NCBI GenBank assembly: GCA_964581895.1
Contig: CAZOPR010000004.1
Coordinates: forward strand, 170,517-234,516
Length of the DNA stretch: 64,000 nucleotides
From: an uncultured Brachyspira sp.
GTDB taxonomy: Bacteria; Spirochaetota; JAAYUW01
Reading direction: 5' to 3'
The translations under genes were made by a program, and so were the position numbers. Position 1 is the stretch's first letter. Each line of letters begins with the position of its first letter. Shown here piece by piece: positions 38,081 through 47,125 of this stretch. The notes under the pieces are model-generated. The model saw nothing but the letters and a program-made list of their open reading frames with translations. It made no database searches and had not been told where the DNA came from.

Positions 38081-38506
38081 ATGAGTGAAAATAATATGGA
38101 ATATAACCCAAAAGATTGGGATGTTATGATTAGAGTCAGAATGAGCCTTCATGATGCACATTATGCAGGAAATCTTGTAGATGGAGCTAAGATGCTGAAT
38201 CTTTTTGGAGATATTGCAACTGAACTTTTGATTAGAGAAGATGGGGATGAAGGGTTATTTCGTAGCTATACTTCTGTGGATTTTTTGGCTCCAGTATTTG
38301 CTGGAGATTATATAGAAGCGTATGGGAAGATAGTTTCTAAAGGAAATACCTCAAGAAAGATGCAATTCGCTGCCTTTAAAGTTATAACTAATGCTAACAT
38401 TGCTGAAAATGTATCTGCATGCGATTTCCTTTCCAAGCCTATACTTGTTTGCAAAGCTGAAGGTGTTTGTGTGGTTCCCAAAGATAAACAAAGGTTCAAA
38501 AAATAA
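38081..38506 (+). CDS. kal: 3-aminobutyryl-CoA ammonia-lyase (hotdog fold)
   Basis: 141 aa. [37 protein letters not shown] is collinear with the Kal of lysine-fermenting Fusobacteria and Clostridia. It sits directly upstream of kce. Confidence 0.7.
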   Translation: MSENNMEYNPKDWDVMIRVRMSLHDAHYAGNLVDGAKMLNLFGDIATELLIREDGDEGLFRSYTSVDFLAPVFAGDYIEAYGKIVSKGNTSRKMQFAAFKVITNANIAENVSACDFLSKPILVCKAEGVCVVPKDKQRFKK

Positions 38507-38604
38507 TTATTATATAGTGCCATCTGAGTTTTTAAGAAATTCTTTTTAAGTTTTTTTATTTTTTTTTTTGTTTTTAAATTTTATTTGGTAAGTGGGAGGA
38601 ATTA

Positions 38605-39426
38605 ATGGATAAACTTATTATCACTGCTGCTATCTGTGGTGCTGAAGTTACAAAAAAAGAGAATCCAAATGTCCCCTATACAGCTGAAGAAATAGCAATG
38701 GAAGCAAAAAGATGCTATGATGCTGGTGTTTCAATAATACATCTTCATGTTAGATATGATGATGGTACTCCAACTCAGGACAAAGAAGTATTTAAAAAGG
38801 CTATTGATGCCATTAAATCTAAAATACCAGGTAAAGGTCCAATAATTCAACCTTCTACTGGCGGAGCAGTTGGAATGAAATGGCAGGAAAGAATAGCAGT
38901 TGCTGAACTTAAACCTGAGATGGCTACTCTTGATTGTGGAACAACAAACTTTGGAAATGATATATTTGTAAATGATCTTCCTTTGATGAGAAATTTTGCA
39001 AAAACAATGATACAGAATAATATATTACCAGAACTCGAATGTTTTGAACCTGGTCATATACAGAATGCATTGATATTGAAAAAAGAAGGATTACTCCCAA
39101 GACATATGCATTTTGATATTGTCCTTGGGGTTCCTGGTGCACTAAATGCTACAATAAAAAACCTTCTTTTTATGACCGAGCTTTTACCTGCAGATGCAAC
39201 ATGGACAGTTGCAGGGATCGGTAGATTTGAACTACCTCTTGCTGTTAATGCAATTACTATGGGAGGTCATGTAAGAGTTGGTTTTGAGGACAATATATAT
39301 TATTCAAAAGGTGTACCGGCCACAACAAATGCTCAACTTGTCGAAAGAATTGTTAGACTAGCAAAAGAACTTGGAAGAGAAGTAGCAACAGCAGATGAAG
39401 CAAGGAAAATACTTGGGATTGAATAA
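38605..39426 (+). CDS. kce: 3-keto-5-aminohexanoate cleavage enzyme (BKACE/DUF849 family)
   Basis: LIITAAICGAEVTKKENPNVPYTAEEIA...IIHLHVRYDDGTP...MGGHVRVGFEDNIYY, the hallmark BKACE motifs, in 273 aa. Confidence 0.8.
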   Translation: MDKLIITAAICGAEVTKKENPNVPYTAEEIAMEAKRCYDAGVSIIHLHVRYDDGTPTQDKEVFKKAIDAIKSKIPGKGPIIQPSTGGAVGMKWQERIAVAELKPEMATLDCGTTNFGNDIFVNDLPLMRNFAKTMIQNNILPELECFEPGHIQNALILKKEGLLPRHMHFDIVLGVPGALNATIKNLLFMTELLPADATWTVAGIGRFELPLAVNAITMGGHVRVGFEDNIYYSKGVPATTNAQLVERIVRLAKELGREVATADEARKILGIE

Positions 39427-39466
39427 CAAGATTAGAAAAATAAAATAAAAAATAAAATAAAAAATT

Positions 39467-39491
39467 GGGGTAGCATCTTTGCTACCCCTTT
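39467..39491. terminator. Bidirectional rho-independent terminator between kce and hsp20
   Basis: GGGGTAGCA tctt TGCTACCCC is a perfect 9-bp stem with a T-run after it and an A-run before it. Confidence 0.75.
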
Positions 39492-39526
39492 ACTTTAAAT
39501 AATTTTAATACCTATTAGATTGTTTT

Positions 39527-39997
39527 TTATTGAACCTTGATTTCAATCTGATTGGATTTTTCTGATTCTTTTTTAGGTAATGTTAAAGTTAGAACTCCGT
39601 TTTCATACTTAGCATTTATATTAGCAACATCAACATTTTCAGGGATACTTATGCTTCTTGTGCAACTTTTTGAAACTCTTTCCTTTTTGTGGTATTTCTT
39701 GGTTTCTTTTTCATCTTCTTTTTCAGTAGATGCAGATATAGTAAGGATATCTTTATCTACCTTGATTGAAATCTGCTCTTTGTTAAAACCAGGTAAATCT
39801 GTTTCAACATAGTAATTTTTCTCATCCTCTGAAATGTCTATTGGAGCAACTTTCGCTGTATTTTGATATCTAAAGAATGGGAAAAGCCATAAATCATCTA
39901 ATTCTTTTTCAATCATTGTGAAAGGATCGAAATTTTTAAAGATTGATAATTCATTTCTTGCCATACTTACCTCCTTTTTATCATTTTTTATTTTCAC
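39527..39997 (-). CDS. Hsp20/alpha-crystallin family small heat-shock protein
   Basis: APIDISEDEKNYYVETDLPGFNKEQISIKV..LTISA is an alpha-crystallin domain. Confidence 0.85.
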   Translation of the reverse strand: MKIKNDKKEVSMARNELSIFKNFDPFTMIEKELDDLWLFPFFRYQNTAKVAPIDISEDEKNYYVETDLPGFNKEQISIKVDKDILTISASTEKEDEKETKKYHKKERVSKSCTRSISIPENVDVANINAKYENGVLTLTLPKKESEKSNQIEIKVQ

Positions 39998-40506
39998 TTA
40001 TAAGCATGCAAAAAATGTGCCAAAAAAATTTGAATAATTAAATTTATTTATTTAATAGGTATTTTTCATGCGTTTTTATATTAGAATTAATATTTAAGAA
40101 TTTTTTCTTAAAATTATTATTAAAATTTTTATTTAAGAATTTTGTGTAGACAAGGTGATTTTTATTCTAAATAAGAAAAGGGATTTTTAATGAAAATAAT
40201 AAATTGAAATATTAAAGCCTTTTCAGTGATTAAAATTAATAATATAAATAAAGCCTAAATGAAAGTGCAAATAAAAGTAAAAATAAAAGCATAAATAAGT
40301 ATAAAATATATACAATGTAAAAAAAAGATACAAAGTGTATTTATATTACATCTTATAATTTTTTGGATAAAATATATACCTGTTTTTTAGATTTTTATTT
40401 AAATGTAAAGTTTCAAAATTTGCTACCCAAAAAAGAATAATTATATTGCACAAATAAACAATAGTGTTAAATTCTTCGTAAGAAAGTATTATATGGAGGT
40501 TGCTAG

Positions 40507-41556
40507 ATGACCGTAAATATTAACCCAGCGATGTTTCATATAGGTCCATTTGAAATTCGCTGGTATGGGTTTATGTATGTATTAGGCCTTATTATAGCAC
40601 TTATTTATCTTTCAAAAAGATATAAAATGAAAGATTTCATTGAATCTGTCAATCCCCCAATAGATTTTGAATGGGAAGTCATCCTTTGGGTAGCAATAGG
40701 GATACTTGTAGGTGCAAGATTATTTTTTGTATTAATTTATGACCCTGTCGCTATATTTACTCCTGATGCTGGTAAAAAGGGATTTGCAGCAATATTAAAT
40801 GTTTTATGGAATGTAATAAATATTAGAAGTGGTGGCCTTTCATTTCATGGTGGACTACTTGGAGTATTAATAGCTACAGCACTTCTCATGAGATATAGAT
40901 ATTTAAACTTTTACAGGGTGGCTGATGCATCTGTTGTCATAGCTCCACTTGGCTTATTTTTTGGAAGATTAGGTAATTTTATAAATGGTGAGTTATGGGG
41001 AAGACCTTCAAAACTACCATGGGCTATGATTTTCCCAAACTCAGATATGCCAGATAAACTTGTTCCAAGACATCCATCACAACTATATGAAGCTTTATTT
41101 GAAGGTTTGATATTATTTTTAATCCTATTTTTCCTTGAAAAAGCTAATAGAAAATCAAAAAAATTAAAAACTGGTTTTATCTTCTGGCTTTTCATTTTAG
41201 GATATGGTTTTTTTAGATTCTTTATTGAATATACAAGAGAACCAGATAAATATGCTGGTTGGCTTATCAAAAATGGTTTTGTGCTTGGCGGCTTGACTAT
41301 GGGGCAAATATTATGCCTTATTATGATTTTAGTTTCTGCTCCAATGCTTTACTTAGCTCAGAAAAAGGATTACTTTGATGTAAGATTCCAGAAATTTTTA
41401 GAAAAACATAAAGAAGAACTTAATAAAAAGAAAGAAAAAGAAAAAGAACTTATGAAAGTAGAGGAAGAAAAAAGGAAAGAAAAAGAAAAAGAAAAGATTA
41501 AAAAGATGGTTGAACAGCAAAAGATAAATAAAAAGAAAAAAAAGAGAAATTGGTAA
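40507..41556 (+). CDS. lgt: prolipoprotein diacylglyceryl transferase with a K/E-rich C-terminal extension of about 50 aa
   Basis: FEIRWYGFMYVLG, and FGRLGNFINGELWGRPS (the Lgt signature G-x-x-N-x-E). The tail is KEELNKKKEKEKELMKVEEEKRKEKEKEKIKK. Confidence 0.85.
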   Translation: MTVNINPAMFHIGPFEIRWYGFMYVLGLIIALIYLSKRYKMKDFIESVNPPIDFEWEVILWVAIGILVGARLFFVLIYDPVAIFTPDAGKKGFAAILNVLWNVINIRSGGLSFHGGLLGVLIATALLMRYRYLNFYRVADASVVIAPLGLFFGRLGNFINGELWGRPSKLPWAMIFPNSDMPDKLVPRHPSQLYEALFEGLILFLILFFLEKANRKSKKLKTGFIFWLFILGYGFFRFFIEYTREPDKYAGWLIKNGFVLGGLTMGQILCLIMILVSAPMLYLAQKKDYFDVRFQKFLEKHKEELNKKKEKEKELMKVEEEKRKEKEKEKIKKMVEQQKINKKKKKRNW

Positions 41557-41589
41557 TATTTGATATTAAATTGATTTGGAGGTTTTTTC

Positions 41590-42504
41590 ATGATAGAAAT
41601 TAAAAATGTGTCAAAATGGTACGGTAATTTACAGGCATTAAAAGATGTATCTTTTTCAATAGGTGAAAATGAGATTGTAGGGTTTTTAGGTCCAAATGGT
41701 GCTGGTAAAACAACTGCTATGAGAGTTATTACTGGATATTTTTTACCAAATACTGGAAATGTTCGAATCGGTGATTATTTAATGGATGACGAACCTAAAA
41801 AAGCAAAAGCTCTTCTTGGATATCTACCAGAAAATCCACCTTTATATCCCGAAATGCCAGTATCAGATTATCTTAAATTTGTCGCTCAACTAAATGGTGT
41901 TAATAAAAAAGAGATAAAGGGTAGGCTGGATTATGTCATTACAAAGACAAATCTTGAAGAAAAATATAATAGCAAAATTAAAACTTTATCAAAAGGATTA
42001 AAACAAAGAGTCGGTATTGCAGCAACTTTGATACATGACCCCAAAGTAATAATTTTGGATGAACCGACAATAGGGCTTGATCCAATTCAAATTATTGAAA
42101 TTAGAAATTTGATTAAAGAGATTGGTAAAGAAAAAACAATAATTTTATCTTCACATATTTTAGCTGAAATTGAGGAAGTTTGTTCAAGAGTAATAATAAT
42201 TAATAAAGGCGAGATTATAGCTGAAGATACGACTGATAATTTAAGAAAAAAACTTCAACCAGACAGACTTTTTTCCATTAAAATTTCAGAAAATGCAGAA
42301 ATTTCTGATTTTATTCTTACAATTCCTGGTGTAAAAAATTGTGAAAAAAGCGATAATGAATATCTTGTTAGAACCGAAGATTTACAATCAGTTCAAGCAA
42401 ATATTACAAAAGCAATTGTTGAAAGAGGCTATTCTATTTTAGAGGTAAGAGAATTAGAGCTTTCATTAGAAGAAATTTTTGCAAAACTTGTTAAAGGGGA
42501 ATAA
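41590..42504 (+). CDS. ABC transporter ATP-binding protein (GldA-like)
   Basis: Walker [10 protein letters not shown], signature LSKGLKQRV, Walker B IILDEPT. Confidence 0.85.
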   Translation: MIEIKNVSKWYGNLQALKDVSFSIGENEIVGFLGPNGAGKTTAMRVITGYFLPNTGNVRIGDYLMDDEPKKAKALLGYLPENPPLYPEMPVSDYLKFVAQLNGVNKKEIKGRLDYVITKTNLEEKYNSKIKTLSKGLKQRVGIAATLIHDPKVIILDEPTIGLDPIQIIEIRNLIKEIGKEKTIILSSHILAEIEEVCSRVIIINKGEIIAEDTTDNLRKKLQPDRLFSIKISENAEISDFILTIPGVKNCEKSDNEYLVRTEDLQSVQANITKAIVERGYSILEVRELELSLEEIFAKLVKGE

Positions 42505-42506
42505 TT

Positions 42507-43217
42507 ATGAAAATGAGCTGGCTTTTGGCTAAAAGAGATTTAAATTCTATTTTTATGAATTCTGTAATCGCTCCAATAATTCTTTTTATATTTTTTGAAT
42601 TAAGCGGATTTTTTTTCTATATATTTTTAGTAAGTGCTCAAATAGCAAGTCTTGAAGGGTTCATACCAAATATGATAATAATTCTTGCTTTATCTATCCC
42701 TATAGTTGTAGCAAGAGCGTTTCCTGAAGAAAGGAAGAATAATACCTTAGAGCTTTTATATACTTCACCAGTTAGTGATACCGAAGTTTATTTTGGGAAA
42801 TTTATTGCTTATAACCTTTTTTCTCTTATAATGATAAGCCCTGTAATCATTTATACAGCTATTCTGTTTTTCATTGGTAAACCAGAAATTCTTCCATTAG
42901 TCTTCTCATTATTAGGCTACATATTGCTTACAATATTTTTTACTACAATAAGTTTACTGATTTCATATATTTCAAATAATCAGGTAGTAGCTGCTATGGT
43001 TTCATGGGTAGTTCTTTTGATTATTTCTCTTATAGATTGGTTAAAAAATATTGTTTATAAACCATTTCTTAAAAATATCATATCTAATCTTTCATATCAA
43101 GAAAATTTATCAAATCTTTCAAAAGGCTTTTTAGACTTAAATGCTCTACTTTATTTTATAGTTTTCATAGGTCTAATAATCTATATAAATATTACTCTTG
43201 TTGAGTCTAAAAAATGA
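42507..43217 (+). CDS. ABC-2 type permease (GldF-like)
   Basis: 236 aa with 6 TM helices, directly after the ATPase. Confidence 0.7.
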   Translation: MKMSWLLAKRDLNSIFMNSVIAPIILFIFFELSGFFFYIFLVSAQIASLEGFIPNMIIILALSIPIVVARAFPEERKNNTLELLYTSPVSDTEVYFGKFIAYNLFSLIMISPVIIYTAILFFIGKPEILPLVFSLLGYILLTIFFTTISLLISYISNNQVVAAMVSWVVLLIISLIDWLKNIVYKPFLKNIISNLSYQENLSNLSKGFLDLNALLYFIVFIGLIIYINITLVESKK

Positions 43218-43282
43218 TTATCTTTTATTAAGGAATCATTTTATAACGAGAGGAATAAATCTTAAAATAAGGGGAATAATAT

Positions 43283-44986
43283 ATGAATAAATTTTTTAGT
43301 TCGATTTCTGCTTTTTATAATAAGCTAAGAAAAAATAAGCTTGCCTGCGAACTTATTTTCTGGATCTCATCGGTAATAGTTATAGCTTTTTTAATAGTTA
43401 CATGGGTAACTTCAAAAAAGCTTTTTCTTATAGGTTCAGCTGTTGGTTTTTTTGGGATAATAATTTATTTTATCTTAAATCCAGAGATTTTTAAGGAATC
43501 TATAAAAGAAGTCAAATCAGATAAGATAAAATCAGAAGGTTTATCTGTTACTTTAAGGATAATAATTGCAGTAGCAATAGCTATCGCTTTATTAGCCATA
43601 TTAAATGGCAAATTACCAAAGATAGATTTGACAAGCTCTGGAATATATACGATTTCGAAAGAATCAAAAGAACTTGTTAAAACATTAGATAACCAAATGC
43701 AGATAATCTATTTTGCCACAAGTGGTAAGCTCGACTCAAAAGAAGGTTCCATTGTTCAATCTATTTTGAAACAGTATGAGAAATATTCTAAAAATATTAA
43801 GCTTGAGATAGTTGACTTAAATAAAAGGCCAGATCTTGCAACAAAATATGGAATAAATGAAGATGGAACTGTTTATCTTGCATATAATGGCAGAAATAAA
43901 AAGTTATCTTCTGTGGATTTCTGGGAGATAACCCAGGCTCCAGATGAAACTTCACAGGGTAAGCAGCTTTTTATAGCTGAAAAATTAATTTCTTCTGCAA
44001 TAAGATACCTTTTATCTGCTCAAGGAAAAAAGATATATTTTGTTATGGGACATGGTGAAAAATATACAAATGATTATCAGGAATCAGGTTATGGCAATAT
44101 CAGCGAATATCTTGGAAAAATAGATAGAGAGGTAGTTAACATCAATTTACTTGAAAAAGGTAAGATTCCAGAAGATGCATCTATTTTAGTGATAGCTGCT
44201 CCAAAAGAAGATTATTCAAAAGAAGAGATTAAAATAGTTGAAGATTATATTTCAAAAGGTGGAAAATTTGTTTTAATAACAGATTTCGATGCAAATACAA
44301 ATATTGTATCAGATTTACTTAAAAAATATGATGTGATTCAGGAAAAAGGAGTTGTGGCAGATAATGTAAACTATTTTTATGGACTTGGAAGTTTTTATCC
44401 AATAAGCCAACTTGCCTATCATAAAATTACAGAAAAGGTTCAGGAATATAATAAACCAGTTTTAGTTTCTACTGCTGCACCACTTGTATTAAACCCAAAT
44501 ACTCCAAAATCTCAAGATTACATAATAATATCTTTAGGTAACACTTTTGATACTGCTTATAATGATATTTCAAAAAATTATGACTTTAAGTCAGAACCAA
44601 GTTTCGACAAAAATACCGAAAAAAAAGGTGTAAAACATATTGCATTTGTTATAGAATCTTTGAAAGTAAAAAATAAAAAAGGTGATAATGAACCAATAGG
44701 AATAATTTTTTGCGATTCAGATATGTTTACAAACAAAACATTAAAATTAGGTAATGCTATTGGCAATTTATTGCTTTTTGAAAATTCTATCAATTATCTT
44801 GTTGATGATTTTACTTTGCTAAATATTCCTGGAAAAGATTTAGATACAACTAAAGTTACACTTTCTGCTAAATCTCAAAAACTTATATCGTTAACTTCAT
44901 TTGTCTTTTTAGAGCTTTTGATGTTATTACTTGTTTTTGGAATCAGATTTTTAAAAAGCCTGAAAAATAAAAAAGAAATGCAGTAG
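43283..44986 (+). CDS. GldG-like ABC-transporter auxiliary protein
   Basis: 567 aa with N- and C-terminal TM anchors flanking a large extracytoplasmic domain. It follows the GldA/F-like pair. Confidence 0.6.
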   Translation: MNKFFSSISAFYNKLRKNKLACELIFWISSVIVIAFLIVTWVTSKKLFLIGSAVGFFGIIIYFILNPEIFKESIKEVKSDKIKSEGLSVTLRIIIAVAIAIALLAILNGKLPKIDLTSSGIYTISKESKELVKTLDNQMQIIYFATSGKLDSKEGSIVQSILKQYEKYSKNIKLEIVDLNKRPDLATKYGINEDGTVYLAYNGRNKKLSSVDFWEITQAPDETSQGKQLFIAEKLISSAIRYLLSAQGKKIYFVMGHGEKYTNDYQESGYGNISEYLGKIDREVVNINLLEKGKIPEDASILVIAAPKEDYSKEEIKIVEDYISKGGKFVLITDFDANTNIVSDLLKKYDVIQEKGVVADNVNYFYGLGSFYPISQLAYHKITEKVQEYNKPVLVSTAAPLVLNPNTPKSQDYIIISLGNTFDTAYNDISKNYDFKSEPSFDKNTEKKGVKHIAFVIESLKVKNKKGDNEPIGIIFCDSDMFTNKTLKLGNAIGNLLLFENSINYLVDDFTLLNIPGKDLDTTKVTLSAKSQKLISLTSFVFLELLMLLLVFGIRFLKSLKNKKEMQ

Positions 44987-44995
44987 GGGTGTTAA

Positions 44996-45991
44996 ATGAA
45001 AAAATCTGATAAACAATTGATTATCCTTTTGATAATATTTGCAATAATACTTATTTCTTATTTTTCCTATAAAGGGATAAAGAATCTTATTGATTCAAAG
45101 AAAGAAAATAAGTCATCAACTCTTGTTTTTGAAAATTTTAAACCAGACTCCATTCAATCAATTTTTGTAGAAGATGCAATAGCTGCCAATCAATTTGAAT
45201 TAAGAAAAGAAAATGATAAATGGAAATTTGTTTCACCATCTTCCTATAAAACTGATAACTCTATTATTGAATCCTATTTAATGGGATTTGCCCAGCTTTA
45301 TTTTAAAGACAAATTTGAAGTTGATTCCAATGTTTCATTAGAAGATTTTGGTTTAGCAAAACCTCAAAAAACATTTAAGTTTAAGTACAATGAAAATGGT
45401 GCAGAAAAAGAAACAGGTGTAATTTTCGGTGAAAGAACTCCAGCAAGGGACGGGATATATTTAAAGGTCATTGATAAACCAACTATTTACATAATAACCT
45501 TAGAAGCAATTCAACTTATAGATTTCAATGCGAATCAGCTTAGAAATAAGATGATTTTTTCAAATGTAAATAAGGATGATATAGTTTCAATAAAGTTTAT
45601 AAATTATGAAACTAAGGATGAAAATCTTATTGAACTTGATAATCAAAAGTTTTTCTGGACTGCTTCCTATAATGATAAAGCTAAAAAATTACTTATCCCA
45701 GATGAATCGATTAAATCAATTTTAGATAGAATTTTTTATCTATCTGCCGTAGATGCAATAGATAAGGTACCAAAAAAATATAAAGTTGAATATGAGATAG
45801 CAATAACTACAAAAGATGGGAAAACGACAAAATGCTCAATTTTCAAAAAAGAAAAATCACCAGATGATTATCAAGAACTTTTTTATGCAATAAATGATGC
45901 AACTTCCGAAATGTTTACTATAACTATGACAACTATTAAGACATTTTTCACCCAAAAACCTTATCTTTTAAGCGATTTGATAAAAGAATAA
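44996..45991 (+). CDS. DUF4340-like protein
   Basis: N-terminal anchor, 331 aa. It sits in the position usually held by DUF4340 proteins after GldG-type genes. Confidence 0.5.
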   Translation: MKKSDKQLIILLIIFAIILISYFSYKGIKNLIDSKKENKSSTLVFENFKPDSIQSIFVEDAIAANQFELRKENDKWKFVSPSSYKTDNSIIESYLMGFAQLYFKDKFEVDSNVSLEDFGLAKPQKTFKFKYNENGAEKETGVIFGERTPARDGIYLKVIDKPTIYIITLEAIQLIDFNANQLRNKMIFSNVNKDDIVSIKFINYETKDENLIELDNQKFFWTASYNDKAKKLLIPDESIKSILDRIFYLSAVDAIDKVPKKYKVEYEIAITTKDGKTTKCSIFKKEKSPDDYQELFYAINDATSEMFTITMTTIKTFFTQKPYLLSDLIKE

Positions 45992-46087
45992 TCTTTTGGT
46001 ACAAAAATGATTCTTTAAATTCAAAAGAATTAATAATTTATATGCTTTAATTTTTTTTATTTATTAAATTTTATTTTATAAAAAAAA

Positions 46088-46122
46088 AGAGCAAATCTTA
46101 AAAGATTCGCTCTTTTTTTTTT
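46088..46122. terminator. Bidirectional rho-independent terminator
   Basis: A-run, then AGAGCAAATCT / AGATTCGCTCT stem (10 of 11 bp pair), then a T10 run. Confidence 0.65.
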
Positions 46123-46342
46123 ATAAGTTTTTTATAACTGCACCTTTAAGTAATTACTTTGTTTTGCAGTTATTATTTTATTTTCTAATCATTATGTCGA
46201 TTTGTATTTATTATTCTACTTATTTTACTCTGTAATTATTTTTACTTTGTAACTGATTTTGCAATTTATAACTATTAAAGCAATAAAATTTTTTATTTTT
46301 AATTTTTGATGTTTCGTAAATCTAATTAATAGTTTTTGTTAC

Positions 46343-46873
46343 TTATATATTTTTTAAAAATTCAACTATTTCACCATAGAAAATATAATGAAAATCAGCA
46401 TTTTTATAAAATTTATTTTTTATATCTTCATCAATATTTTCAGAAAGAATTTTAAGAGAATATATCTTTTTGCAAATTAGCACCTGTTTTGCTTGCTTAA
46501 AAAATACTGCTTTATTTTCATAATTTAAGGCTGTCAAACCTTGTATTTTCATTTTATCAAAAACTCTACCACTTTTTGACCCCAAAAGATTAAGAATATC
46601 TTTATAAGATGAATCAAAAAATGAGATTGAAAAATAATCATTTTTTAAGATATATTCAAATGTATATCTTGAAGGTCTAATGAAAATCTGAGCTATTGGT
46701 TTATTCCATAAAATGCCAAAAGTTGCCCAACTTGCAGTCATCATATTGTAATCTTCTATTTTACCAGAAGTTATAAGTAACCAATCCTGCAAAATGTTAT
46801 TAAGTAAATTATTAGAAAAAGAAAAGATATCCTTTTTTTCAAAATTATCCATTGAAGGTAGCATCAAGTTCAT
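46343..46873 (-). CDS. flavin reductase-like FMN-binding domain protein
   Basis: MMTASWATFGILWNKP matches the flavin-reductase split-barrel N-terminal motif. Confidence 0.65.
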   Translation of the reverse strand: MNLMLPSMDNFEKKDIFSFSNNLLNNILQDWLLITSGKIEDYNMMTASWATFGILWNKPIAQIFIRPSRYTFEYILKNDYFSISFFDSSYKDILNLLGSKSGRVFDKMKIQGLTALNYENKAVFFKQAKQVLICKKIYSLKILSENIDEDIKNKFYKNADFHYIFYGEIVEFLKNI

Positions 46874-47045
46874 TTATAACATTTTGTGGGTCAATCCCAT
46901 GAGCATTTAGTCCTTGAACTAAACTTTCAGCTCTTGCTGCAAAACAGCCCAAACAACCAACATTGTATCTTGCAAGAATTTCAGCTGCTTTTGGATGAAT
47001 AGATAAGATTTCCATTATATTCATTGAACCCCAATCTTTTTTCAT
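46845..47045 (-). CDS. DUF1858 domain protein
   Basis: MNIMEILSIHPKAAEILARYNVGCLGCFAARAESL...HGID. The start was chosen at ATG 47045, preceded by a GAGGAGA RBS. Confidence 0.6.
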   Translation of the reverse strand: MKKDWGSMNIMEILSIHPKAAEILARYNVGCLGCFAARAESLVQGLNAHGIDPQNVINELDATFNG

Positions 47046-47125
47046 ATAAAATCTCCTCACAAACAAATTATTAAAAATTAAAACCTAAGTCAAGTTTAAT
47101 TTTGTTGATAATTAATTGGTAGATA

